NCBI GenBank assembly: GCA_950097015.1
Contig: CATNEN010000037.1
Location: 2,232,001-2,296,000, forward strand
Length of the DNA: 64,000 nt
Source: Macrostomum hystrix
Lineage: Eukaryota > Animalia > Platyhelminthes
Reading direction: 5' to 3'
Shown: positions 48,491 to 59,629 of the stretch, one piece after another
How positions within the stretch are numbered: the stretch's first letter is position 1
Layout of the letters: every line of letters begins with the position of its first letter
Made by a program: the position numbers and the translations under genes
The notes under the pieces: generated by a model
Databases searched by the model: none
What the model saw: only the letters and a program-made list of their open reading frames with translations
Told to the model about the DNA's origin: nothing

Positions 48491-48869
48491 CTATAGGATG
48501 CGAAAATGTCTAACACTCTTTATTGATGAACAATGAAATACACTTGACGAATCTGGTTTGCTAGTCGAGGCTGGAGCAGCCACTCAAGCCGCGTTTCTTT
48601 TGGAAAATTTGACCACTTGAAATCTTGATTTTCTACCGAAAGACACAATCGAGTTCAAATTTGAAGCGATGTATTATTAAAAATGCGAAAATCCATGTTC
48701 TATTCGCCATTTCCCGAGTTAAAAGTTTCTAGACTATTCGATTGAGAAGCCTAAGTCGATTGAGCACACTTGAGAGACTACGGCCTGGAGTGTTCGTTAT
48801 GACGTTCGACTACTTAGTACGTCGTAGCTTGGTTTTGCACTACTGACTTCTGACTGAAAGGTCAGGCTT

Positions 48870-49353
48870 GTGTCGTTAATGTGTCGTTAATGTGTCGTTA
48901 ATTGTGTCGTTAATTGTGTCGTTAATGTGTCGTTAATTGTGTCGTTAATTGTGTCGTTAATGTGTCGTTAATTGTGTCGTTAATTGTGTCGGTAATGTGT
49001 CGTTAATTGTGTCGTTAATTGTGTCGTTAATGTGTCGTTAATTGTGTCGTAAATGTGTCGTTAATTGTGTCGTTCATTGTGTCGTTAATTGTGTCGTAAA
49101 TGTGTCGTTAATGTGTCGTTAATGTGTCGTTCATTGTGTCGTTAATTGTGTCGTTAATGTGTCGTTAATTGTGTCGTAAATGTGTCGTTAATTGTGTCGT
49201 TCATTGTGTCGTTAATTGTGTCGTAAATGTGTCGTTAATGTGTCGTTTATGTGTCGTTCATTGTGTCGTTAATTGTGTCGTTAATGTGTCGTTAATGTGT
49301 CGTTCATTGTGTCGTTAATTGTGTCGTAAATGTGTCGTTAATGTGTCGTTAAT
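48870..49353. repeat. 11/12-bp minisatellite (TGTGTCGTTAA[T])n
   Basis: Tandem units. Confidence 0.96.
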
Positions 49354-49908
49354 TGAGCAAGAAACTTAATAACTGCCCACTGTCCACCGGATTCTCGGCA
49401 CAGACCGTGGCATTTCTACAGTCGCATTTTCTCAAAGCATTAAATGTTTATATTTTAGCAGATATATAAGGTTTCTGCTTTGGAAATCAGGAAATTTTCT
49501 GACCTATAAAATGGGCGCTAATTTATTTCCTATAAATCTGAAGCGCAACATTCCTCAGGGAATCGGTGCTTTAGGAACGTAAAAGATAAAATGAGATTGC
49601 TTGAATCGAACTTTCTTGTCGGTCCACTGCACATCTAATTTAGCTTTGTATTAGTTATAATAGATGTGACAATTTAGTAACAGCTTAAAGTTCAAGTGTT
49701 TTGTGCAGTGTTATAGCATCAGTATTAGTATACTAATACTGATATATTAATATATTAATATATTAAATATATTTAAGTTTAGCAGTAACGAGCTTACAGA
49801 TTCTGAAATACATTATATTCATTTTTATGTCAATTCAACTTAAACATAAACTATTATTAATAGATGTACAAATTATAGACAGTGAGCAGGCGTTAAAAAT
49901 ATCGAGCA

Positions 49909-51170
49909 GTGTTAGATAGGATGCGCAGGTGTTAGATAGGATGCGCAGGTGTTAGATAGGATGCAAAGGTGTTAGATAGGATGCAAAGGTGTTAGATAGG
50001 ATGCACATGTGTTAGACAGGATGCACAGGTGTTAGACTGAATACACAGGTGTTAGAAAGGATACACAGGTGTTAGACGGGATGCACAAGTGTTAGACAGG
50101 ATGCACAAGTGTTAGAAAGGATGCACATGTGTTAGACAGGATGCACAAGTGTTAGACAGGATGCACAAGTGTTAGAAAGGATGCACATGTGTTAGATAGG
50201 ATGCACAGGTGTTAGACAGGATGCACAGGTGTTAGACAGGATGCACAGGTGTTAGATAGGATGCGTGCACAAGTGTTAGACAGGATGCACAAGTGTTAGA
50301 TAGGATGCACAGGTGTTAGACAGGATGCACAGGTGTTAGACAGGATGCACAGGTGTTAGACAGGATGCGTGCACAAGTGTTAGAAAGGATGCACAGGTGT
50401 TAGACAGGATGCACAGGTGTTAGATAGGATGCGTGCACAAGTGTTAGACAGGATGCACAAGTGTTAGAAAGGATGCACATGTGTTAGACAGGATGCACAA
50501 GTGTTAGAAAGAATGCACATGTGTTAGACAGGATGCACAGGTGTTAGACAGGATGCACAGGTGTTAGATAGGATGCGTGCACAAGTGTTAGACAGGATGC
50601 ACAAGTGTTAGATAGGATGCACAGGTGTTAGACAGGATGCACAGGTGTTAGACAGGATGCACAGGTGTTAGACAGGATGCACAGGTGTTAGACAGGATAC
50701 ACAGGTGTTAGACGGGATGCACAAGTGTTAGACAGGATGCACAAGTGTTAGAAAGGATGCACATGTGTTAGACAGGATGCACAAGTGTTAGACAGGATGC
50801 ACAAGTGTTAGAAAGGATGCACATGTGTTAGATAGGATGCACAGGTGTTAGACAGGATGCACAGGTGTTAGACAGGATGCACAGGTGTTAGACAGGATGC
50901 GTGCACAAGTGTTAGAAAGGATGCACAGGTGTTAGACAAGATGCACAGGTGTTAGACAGGATGCACAGGTGTTAGACAGGATGCGTGCACAAGTGTTAGA
51001 AAGGATGCACAGGTGTTAGACGGGATGCACAGATGTTAGAAAGGATGCACAGGTGTTAGACAGGATGCACAGTTGTTAGACTGAATACACAGGTGTTAGA
51101 CAGGATTCAAATGTGTTAGACAGGATACACCGGTGTTAGGCATAATACACAGGTGTTAGACAGGTGTTAG
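49909..51170. repeat. 20-bp minisatellite (GTGTTAGACAGGATGCACAG)n
   Basis: Tandem units with occasional 24-bp variants. Confidence 0.97.
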
Positions 51171-51944
51171 ACAGATACGAGCCATTTTACCAAACAATTT
51201 TAAAGAGCCAGCTGACTTGTAAAATGGACTCGCGAAGATGTCGAAATTCCAACACAGAAATGTCACAACGCCATAATTGAAATACGTAGCCATTGTTTTA
51301 AACAAATATTTGACACGTAGTATTGAAAAGAAAATACTTGAAAACAAGGGAAATTAAAATAATGATGTCTTGATGGGTGAAAACGGAATCATTGTGGACA
51401 GCTACTCATGTGTCCTGGCGTTCAAGAATGATTGCAGAGTAAAATATTTCTTCTGCTTTGCAGAAATCAAACAAATAAAACAAAAATGTGACAACGACAA
51501 CTCCCAAACCGAATGACTGATTTTCGTGAGTCCACCACATTTGCGAGTAAAGTGACTTAATTATAACGCATAAAATACAAGTAATAACATACTCGTAGTT
51601 ATATTAATAACAATGCGCTATAAATGCCAACTATACAACAACAACACAACAATTGTAATTATAGATGGCTTAGACTTTATCCTATCAATCACGTGATCTT
51701 ACTGTGGCGCGTCTTCTCGGTGTGTTTTTATGGAGTTTTTGTTTATTGCACAGAATCAGATACGCTATTCTGCGCAATAACTATAATCAAGGCGTCAAGA
51801 TGGAGACATCTAGTAGCAGATCACTCAGTATCATACTCACCTATAAGATTAGTCTCAGACTGTTTTATAGCTGCGATCAAAGTCGGCCAAAAAGAAAATG
51901 AAAAAGTGCAAATTTGGATAAGACAAACTAAATCTCTTATCCCA

Positions 51945-52657
51945 CTAACTCTTCCCTTCGTGTCTTCTGCCACTGTCTCTTCCCTTCGTGTCTTCTCCTA
52001 CTGTCTGTTCCCTTCGTGTCTTCTCCCACTGTCTCTTCCCTTCGTGTCTTCTCCTACTGTCTGTTCCCTTCGTGTCTTCTCCCACTGTCTCTTCCCTTCG
52101 TGTCCTCTCCCACTGTCTCTTCCCTTCGTGTCTTCTCCCACTGTCTCTTCCCTTCGTGTCTTCTCCCACTGTCTCTTCCCTTCGTGTCCTCTCCCACTGT
52201 CTCTTCCCTTCGTGTCTTCTCCCACTGTCTCTTCCCTTCGTGTCTTCTCCCACTGTCTCTTCCCTTCGTGTCCTCTCCCACTGTCTCTTCCCTTCGTGTC
52301 CTCTCCCACTGTCTCTTCCCTTCGTGTCCTCTCCCACTGTCTCTTCCCTTCGTGTCTTCTCCCACTGTCTCTTCCCTTCGTGTCCTCTCCCACTGTCTCT
52401 TCCCTTCGTGTCCTCTCCCACTGTCTCTTCCCTTCGTGTCCTCTCCCACTGTCTCTTCCCTTCGTGTCCTCTCCCACTGTCTCTTCCCTTCGTGTCTTCT
52501 CCCACTGTCTCTTCCCTTCGTGTCTTCTCCCACTGTCTCTTCCCTTCGTGTCCTCTCCCACTGTCTCTTCCCTTCGTGTCCTCTCCCACTGTCTCTTCCC
52601 TTCGTGTCCTCTCCCACTGTCTCTTCCCTTCGTGTCCTCTCCCACTGTCTCTTCCCT
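51945..52657 (+). repeat. 28-bp minisatellite (CTCTTCCCTTCGTGTCTTCTCCCACTGT)n
   Basis: Tandem units; an inverted copy lies at 53262-53662. Confidence 0.97.
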
Positions 52658-52972
52658 TAGTGTCGAAACTTTTTGCGAGTCTTAGTTTGTCCACTGAAAT
52701 GTACACCTGGGTGTACTCATCAGAACAAGCCCACAGAATTACCAAATGATGCTTCTTGCCAACAACCAATTGCTGATATTGCTCGTATATCCCAAAATGT
52801 CTATCTTGCTACTTGCAGCCGTAGAAATGAATAAAAAAGTGCGCATATGAATTCAAAATTTGTACAATTTTTAACACACCTATTGCTAATCAACAGACAG
52901 CACGTGTATTTATATTTTAAGATAAAATGGAACAATTCTCCAATAGAAATGCATGAGAAATGCTTTTTTCAG

Positions 52973-53104
52973 GAAACGTACACAGTCGAATCTGCACAGC
53001 GCGCACTTTTCCAAGCCGCAGAATTTCGTCAGTGCCTGGGACGAATTAAAAAATCTTACGCAGACGTTGCGCAGGAAAATCTGATAAGGCAATTTCTGAC
53101 TTAA
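52973..53104 (+). CDS. Possible terminal exon of an unresolved plus-strand gene (ETYTVESAQRALFQAAEFRQCLGRIKKSYADVAQENLIRQFLT*)
   Basis: Strong acceptor TGCTTTTTTCAG at 52972, open to TAA, protein-like composition. Upstream exons uncertain. Confidence 0.35.
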   Translation, partial: ETYTVESAQRALFQAAEFRQCLGRIKKSYADVAQENLIRQFLT

Positions 53105-53261
53105 AGTTACAGGGGAATTTCTAGGCTAAGTTTTAATTGACGTCACTGCTACTGGCGCAGGCTTTTCTTCGAGACCAACTTGTAAGATAATAATTTTAGC
53201 CATGATCAACTAGCGATCTTTCTTTTTAACACTTAGCAAGAAAGAGAGAATACACGAGGGA

Positions 53262-53662
53262 AGATACACACGAAGGGAAGAGACAGTGAGAGAAGACACG
53301 AAGGGAAGAGACAGTGGGAGAAGACACGAAGGGAAGAGACAGTGGGAGAAGACACGAAGGGAAGAGACAGTGGGAGAAGACACGAAGGGAAGAGACAGTG
53401 GGAGAAGACAAGAAGGGAAGAGACAGTGGGAGAAGACACGAAGTGAAGAGACAGTATGAGAAGGCGCGAAGGGAAGAGACAGTATGAGAAGGCGCGAAGG
53501 GAAGAGACAGTAGGAGAAGACACGAAGGGAAGAGACAGCGGGAAAAGACACGAAGGGAAGAGACAGTGGGAGAAGACACGAAGGGAAGAGACAGCGGGAA
53601 AAGACACGAAGGGAAGAAACAGTTGGAGAAGACACGAAGGTAAGAGACAGTAGGAGAAGGGA
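53262..53662 (-). repeat. Inverted array of the same 28-bp unit, just downstream of the RCC1L stop
   Basis: GAAGGGAAGAGACAGTGGGAGAAGACAC is the reverse complement of the 51945-52657 unit. Confidence 0.95.
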
Positions 53663-53722
53663 AGAGTTACTGTCAGAGACAGATGAGAAGATAGGGGAAG
53701 AAGAAATGCTAATGCGAGTGGT

Positions 53723-54166
53723 TCAGGCGTGGGCCAGTCCGCAGACAATGGTGTGGTCCACCCCACACCGAGTCCACAACACCCGGCAGGGCAGTGACAC
53801 CTGCAGCGGGAAGCACTGATTGGTCTTGTGTCCCAGACCGAGGCAGCCGGAGCGTTGGTCGCCCCAGGTGTACAGCGAGCCTCGGTTAGTGATGGCTGCA
53901 AAATGGTACATGCCAGCCTCCAGGTGGACAACCTGAGACTCGTTGGCCAGTTGGCCGCGGCCGAACAGGCCGTCGGGAATCTGGCGCGGCTCGGACAGCT
54001 GAGTGACGTCAGGGCCGAGGCCCAGCCGGCCGTAGCCCCACACCCAGACACGGCCGCAGGTGGTTAGCAGGGCGCACATTGAACCGGCGGCTGCCACCTG
54101 GGCCACGCGCTGATTGGCCGACAAGACTGAGTGCATCACGTGATCTAGTCGGATTGGACGATCCAC
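53723..54166 (-). CDS. RCC1L: RCC1-like mitochondrial protein, exon 3
   Basis: Acceptor ATTTTTAG at 54167. VWVWGYGRLGLGP...GMYHFAAITNRGSLYTWG...GCLGLG...FPLQVSLP...CGVDHT* matches the WBSCR16/RCC1L C-terminus. Confidence 0.92.
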   Translation of the reverse strand: MDRPIRLDHVMHSVLSANQRVAQVAAAGSMCALLTTCGRVWVWGYGRLGLGPDVTQLSEPRQIPDGLFGRGQLANESQVVHLEAGMYHFAAITNRGSLYTWGDQRSGCLGLGHKTNQCFPLQVSLPCRVLWTRCGVDHTIVCGLAHA

Positions 54167-54394
54167 CTAAAAATAGGAATTTGGTGAATTAATTGCTGTT
54201 TATATTTCTGATTGCTTTGTGATCACGGAATGTTTATAGTGGTTGCTATAGACGACAGACCAGGTAAACAATATTTGCTATATAGATAATAATAAGTAAT
54301 AAAGCTAGTTGCTATGAGGATTAAACATGAAAAAATGTGACTCTGCGACTTTTTAGGTAAGATAAGATAAAAGTTTTACACAAGATAAAACAAC

Positions 54395-54605
54395 AGTTGC
54401 CACGCAGAAAACACCCGATAAAACAAAGGTTGTTAGGCGGATTACAAAAGGTAAAACAACGGTTGCTATGAAGACTACACAAAATAAAACAACGGTTGTT
54501 ATGCAGTTTCACCACACAAAACAACGGTTGCTATGCAGATTTCACGATACACAACAACGGTAGCTATGCAGATTTCACCACACAAATCAACGGTTGCTAT
54601 GCAGA
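54395..54605. repeat. Degenerate ~30-bp tandem repeat (ACAAAACAACGGTTGCTATGCAGATTTCACC) in RCC1L intron 2
   Basis: Recurring AACGGTTGCTATG. Confidence 0.8.
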
Positions 54606-54617
54606 TTACAGCCTCAC

Positions 54618-55346
54618 CTGCAGCGAATCGGTGCCCAGCTGGCCGTACTCGGAGTTGCCCCAGCCGAGAACGCAGCCATCGCGATCAAGAGCCAGCACGG
54701 TGTCAGCCCGGCAGGCCAGGCCGACCAACGGGACGCCGACGTCGACGAGCCGCAGACGGTCGGCATTGTCGAATCCGCCGTGGCCCAGTTGGCCGTCGGC
54801 GCCTAGGCCGCAGGAGTACAATCGGCCATCGTCAGTCAGCAGGTAGCTGCTGTCCTGACCGCAGACGGCCTGCAGAACAGAGTCGGGAGCGCATGGCAGC
54901 GCCAGCCGGATCGACGCCGACTCGCCGGCTGGCCGGCCGCACTGGCCAAAAGCATTATTGCCGAACGAGAAGCCGCCGTCGTTGGTGACGACCAGGGAGT
55001 GAGCCCGACCGGCGGCCAGGCGGAGCAGCCGGAAGCGACCGGAGGCCAGCTCGGCCGGATGGACCGGAAGGCGGACCTGCGTGGGCCGGAGAATCAATTC
55101 GTGTCCAGGCACGCTGGTTGTGGACAGAAATCTCGGATTCGAATCCGACACCGCGTCTGAATCCGGCGCCGGCTCCGACATCGCCAGCGGGCCCAGCTGA
55201 CCGTCCGTGTTGGCGCCGCAGGCCATTAAAATGCCGCGATTGGCGCCGCGACGACAGGCGAACAGAGTGTAGCCGTAGCCGGTGGCGCAGTCCAGCACGC
55301 GAATTCCTCGAGTGGCCAACTCGGCTATGCGGGCCGGAGCCACTAC
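54618..55346 (-). CDS. RCC1L: RCC1-like mitochondrial protein, exon 2
   Basis: CATGYGYTLF, AAGRAHSLVV, FGNNAFGQCGR, VCGQDSS, YSCGLGADGQLG, GWGNSEYGQL. Acceptor CTAATCTCACCCAG, donor GTGAGG, phase 0/0. Confidence 0.94.
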
Positions 55347-55489
55347 CTGGGTGAGATTAGCGACCCAGGTTTTAGTATGGTGGATTAGGCTAATCCAGTT
55401 TCTCTGCTCATGGACATAGTCAAAAAGGTATTCAATTCAAGGTTGTCCGCTTTTGGGTCACTAACAACAAAAACCTGTACATTTAAATC

Positions 55490-55720
55490 CATGTACCTTT
55501 ATTGTACATTTCCGACTCGAAATCTTGTACACTACCGAACTATAATCTTGTACAGTACCGAATCACAATCTTGTACACTACTGAACTATAATATTGTATA
55601 CTACCGAATTTTTACCTCGTAGACTACCGAGCCACAATCTTGTAACTTCTGAACTATAATCTTTTACACCGAACATATTATACAATTCAGACCCATAAGG
55701 CCATAATCTAGTAAACTTCC
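55490..55720. repeat. Degenerate AATCTTGTACACTACCGAACT repeat in RCC1L intron 1
   Basis: Recurring motif. Confidence 0.7.
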
Positions 55721-55950
55721 TAATCATAAAGTTGTACATTCCTGAAAAAATTATTGTACAGTACATAGCCATAATTTAGTACAATAGACTAAGCCTGATT
55801 ATTACCTACTTTAAACGACAATCGTGTTCTTTTTTCTGAGTTACAGCTTTACGCAAAGCTTTTTGCCAGCCGAAATTAAATGCATTCAGGTTAAATTTGA
55901 CAGATTGGCTTTTAGAATTGTGACAAAAGACAGCGGGTAGGTTCACTCAC

Positions 55951-56190
55951 GTGATCTCTCAGCCCCCTGCCGGGCTTTGGCAATGCGAACTTGGCAATGC
56001 CCAGCGCGCCAGTGACTGGCCAGCCGCAGCCGTACAGTCGCTGCTTCGACGCCGGCGAGCTGCGACCAGCGGTCAAGTTAAACTCTGTCGTAGCATTCTC
56101 TATATGACGCCGGATTGTTGTTTTACTACGTTGGGCCACAGCCACAGCTTGGCCGTAGCAGACATTGGCGCGAGCTGTGCTGACCACCGA
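55951..56190 (-). CDS. RCC1L: RCC1L exon 1 (presequence-like N-terminus plus first blade); no in-frame ATG
   Basis: LYGCGWPVTGALGIAKFALPKPG aligns with RCC1L VWGFSFSGALGVPSFVVP. Donor GTGAGT at 55950, phase 0. The frame opens right after TATCTGTGTCCGCCTAG (AG 56192-56191). Confidence 0.8.
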
Positions 56191-56317
56191 CTAGGCGGAC
56201 ACAGATACTGGTACCGCACTGAAACTGTTCCCAGAGCCGATATGATTCATTTGGAATCCGCTAGTTCGCTTATGAGAAATAATTGAGATTATAATACTAT
56301 TAAAACAACTGTCAAAA

Positions 56318-56624
56318 ATCAAGGTCGTTGAGCTCGATTTCGCGGCGAGGCCACATTCATTTTGGGGCGTAGAAAGGGTTTGAGGGCTTGTCGTGCAATT
56401 AACGATCATGATGGCCAACCTCCAATGCACAGTGAGAGTGTACACTGCCCGACGATGAGAAATTCAGGGCAGATGTACACAGTGTGAGCGTGTGCCTGCG
56501 AACGGTATCTGCGTGTGTGCTTAGGAGTGAGCGAAATTGACAGAATCGCCTTGTCGCTGGCTGAGGGTCTACCGTCCCCAAATAATGTGCCATTCGCCCA
56601 CAGTCCTCATGCAATTATTATTAC
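56318..56624 (+). mobile_element. SINE family A, copy 4 (5'-truncated)
   Basis: Starts at CAAGGTC...GAGCTCGATT. Shared hairpin, body and ATTATTATT tail. Confidence 0.85.
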
Positions 56625-57313
56625 TAACCCAACTGGGCCAGATGTACTGTCAGTAGCACAGATATTCAGTCCATGGACTATGGAAGAGGGGGCCACCGCA
56701 CCCAGTTAAATTTCTACCATAGGTAATGCTCGTGCTCATTTTCAGCTACTCCGAAGCAAGGTAAAGAAAATGTCAAAACAAAAAGTATTTTAGGACTGCA
56801 AAAATGACACATGGCAGTTTATTGGAGCATTTCTTAAATAGCAATGAACAGATAATGTTTACAGATAAAGTAAAACAGTAGGTAAAAAATAAGAAACGCA
56901 AAAATTAGCCTCCGCGTAGAGTTAGCACTTAAATTTAATTGGCGGCGCTGTAATTTACTGGACTTAGAATAAAATTTGAATGAAAAAGCCATATAAAAAC
57001 TAACTAATTAAAAATTATTGCGGAAAAGAAAGCGGGTTAAATAGCGTATCGAATGCGCAGGCAAAATGGTGACAATTTATACAATTGTTATAATAGAATT
57101 TTTCAAGCCAATTAAGCCAAGGAGCAGGCACTTTAACCTTTAGTAGAAAAATCAAGCAATTAAAGACTTGCAACAAAGGGGTCCTGAAAGGGGATCTATG
57201 GAGCAATCAATTTGAGAATTTGGGCGCGCTATCAATCCTTTCCACGGTGCTCGAAACCAGCCACCGCATTTGACTACTGTGATCTCAGCCGTTGCCTCCT
57301 CGCAATTCGATGA

Positions 57314-57565
57314 AGAACGAGTACGCGCTACTACTCGAGCAGTGTTGTCTCTGGCGGTGGATTGTCCAATTCGATTTGCACCTGTGGCTGCGCAAGTTGC
57401 CGCTTCATGGCCGCCTTCAAACAGGAATGCGCACACTCGGTCGGGTTCAGAAATGGAGAATATGATGGCAGTACTACAACCTGCCAGGTCAGCTCAAACT
57501 GGATAGGTGTCAGTCAGCTTGCGTCGCAACTCCTTCAACGTCATGAGAGGATTACTATCCAGTGA
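57314..57565 (+). pseudogene. Possible SWIM-type zinc-finger fragment (CTC-x14-CAH), perhaps a transposase remnant
   Basis: Reads RYYSSSVV...ICTCGCASCRFMAAFKQECAH. No start or context; motif match only. Confidence 0.25.
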
Positions 57566-57695
57566 TGAAAGAAGCAGTTGGATGCGTTGCTCTTCCAGTT
57601 TCGATGCTCGATCTCCACCACGCGGTCCCGACGTCCCGTGATTCCATAGCGACGCCTGATAGGATACACTGTTTTTCTCTGCGTCCAGAGAAAAC

Positions 57696-58219
57696 TTTCC
57701 ACTAAGGATTAAATTGCTTGCTCCATAGACCCCCCTTTCAGGCCATAGACAATGAAAACAAGTCTTTAATAGCTAGATTCTCCACTAAGGATTAAATTGC
57801 TTGCTCCATAGACCCCCCTTTCAGGCCATAGACAATGAAAACAAGTCTTTATAGCTAGATTTTCCACTAAGGATTAAATTGCTTGCTCCATAGACCCCCC
57901 TTTCAGGCCATAGACAATGAAAACAAGTCTTTAATAGCTAGATTTTCCACTAAGGATTAAATTGCTTGCTCCATTGACCCCCTTTCAGGCCATAGACAAT
58001 GAAAAACAAGTCTTTAATAGCTAGATTTTCCACAAAGGATTAAATTGCTTGCTCCATTGACCCCCTTTCAGGCCATAGACAATGAAAACAAGTCTTTAAT
58101 AGCTAGATTTTCCACAAAGGATTAAATTGCTTGCTCCATTGACCCCCTTTCAGGCCATAGACAATGAAAACAAGTCTTTAATAGCTAGATTTTCCACAAA
58201 GGATTAAATTGCTTGCTCC
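57696..58219. repeat. 82-83-bp tandem repeat, ~6 copies
   Basis: TTTCCACTAAGGATTAAATTGCTTGCTCCATAGACCCCCTTTCAGGCCATAGACAATG... recurs at 57699, 57782, 57864, 57947. Confidence 0.95.
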
Positions 58220-58517
58220 TTGGCTTAATTGGCTTGAAGAATGATATTACTAATTCATAATTAAAATAGGACAAAATAGATTTTGCGCTTTGGTAATATT
58301 GGTAATATGTATGGATAAAAGTTACCAAAATAAAATATTAAGCCATAAAAAACCAATGACAAACTCGCCAAACATGAAATGTGTAGAACCAAAAAAAATT
58401 TCTGCACGAGTGTAATGAATCAACTCTAGAACTAAGAAAACATATATAAGGCAGCTTTAGTTAATTGCTTTAGTTGATTAACAGTAGGAAGACGACGCTA
58501 TTTTTCCCCTGGGGAAA

Positions 58518-59059
58518 GACCATAGGGTATCTCAAATACCCACTGCATGCCTACTGCACGATAGCTCCTAAACTAAACGATCGATTTTCGTGAAAGTCCA
58601 CCATATGGATCAAAATTTTTCGCTTATAACGATAAACTAACTTTTGAATTCGTCCGACGTCAGCATCGAGATATTCAGCGATTCTTGCCGAAGACCCTGG
58701 TGATAAGGGCAACTAACTTTTGTCCTTTACAGACCTCAATGGTCTATCCATATTGTTCAATATATATAATATTGAACTATATAATCAATTCAAAAATAAT
58801 CAACATAATAGCCGACATGGTTACATGATAAAATTTTGTGAACAGGAAATGTATGCCTATATTGGTGGCTTTTTGAACTAGACACCCGACCAGAATCGTT
58901 GAATTTCTCGACGATGCCGATGTTTTGCGATGGTGGAAGTTGTTTCGTCGGATAGAGGGGAAAATTTAGCCCGTGTTCTGAATTTTCATGATGATCGGTT
59001 GAATATTTAAGGAGATACAGAAAAAAGGAAAATGTGGGTATTTGAAATACCAAGTGGTC
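58518..59059. mobile_element. MITE-like element with 18-26-bp terminal inverted repeats
   Basis: GGTATCTCAAATACCCAC (58526-58543) vs the reverse complement of 59034-59051 matches 17/18; extends to 26 bp with 4 mismatches. Confidence 0.65.
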
Positions 59060-59629
59060 GTTCTACTGTTAACGAATTGTATATTTAGGAACGAGAAACA
59101 ACTATTTTAAGAGCATATCTAAGCATACTGTTCGGTCCAATCGGCGCAAGCTGGTTGTGTGTAAACAGCCACTTTAGGCATTTTGCCATTTAAGTTTTAT
59201 GCATTTACATTTTTCCTACTGAAATCACCTGGTAGGGAGTTTAGAAATAGATAAAATTTCAGAAAACTTTCAAAAGTAACTGTTATAGGCTCTAATATAA
59301 TTGCACATACACGTTCCGAACATACTCATACATCGATTTCATTAGAAAGTGATACAACTTTCTGTTGTCATTGAGCAAACTAGTCTTTACACCAAAAGAA
59401 AACATAAAATAAACACACAGACGATAGTGCCATAAATAATACTGCTAAAAGGCCGTAAGAGATTTACAAGAAAACAGTATTTTACTGCCTCAATCGCATT
59501 CATTATTAAGGGCTTCATATTTTGAAAAACACAAACCAGACCTTTTAATTCAATTTACTAAACAAACTATGTTCCAATGAAAATGTGTTGCTGCAGCAAC
59601 GAAAATCGAAAAGAAAATATCGAATTGTA

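Noticed and set aside
52694-52723. Minus-strand CTGATGA followed by a 7-bp stem (GTACACC/GGTGTAC) as a third hammerhead
   Set aside because: The required GAAA is absent (ATTT instead); only a hairpin.
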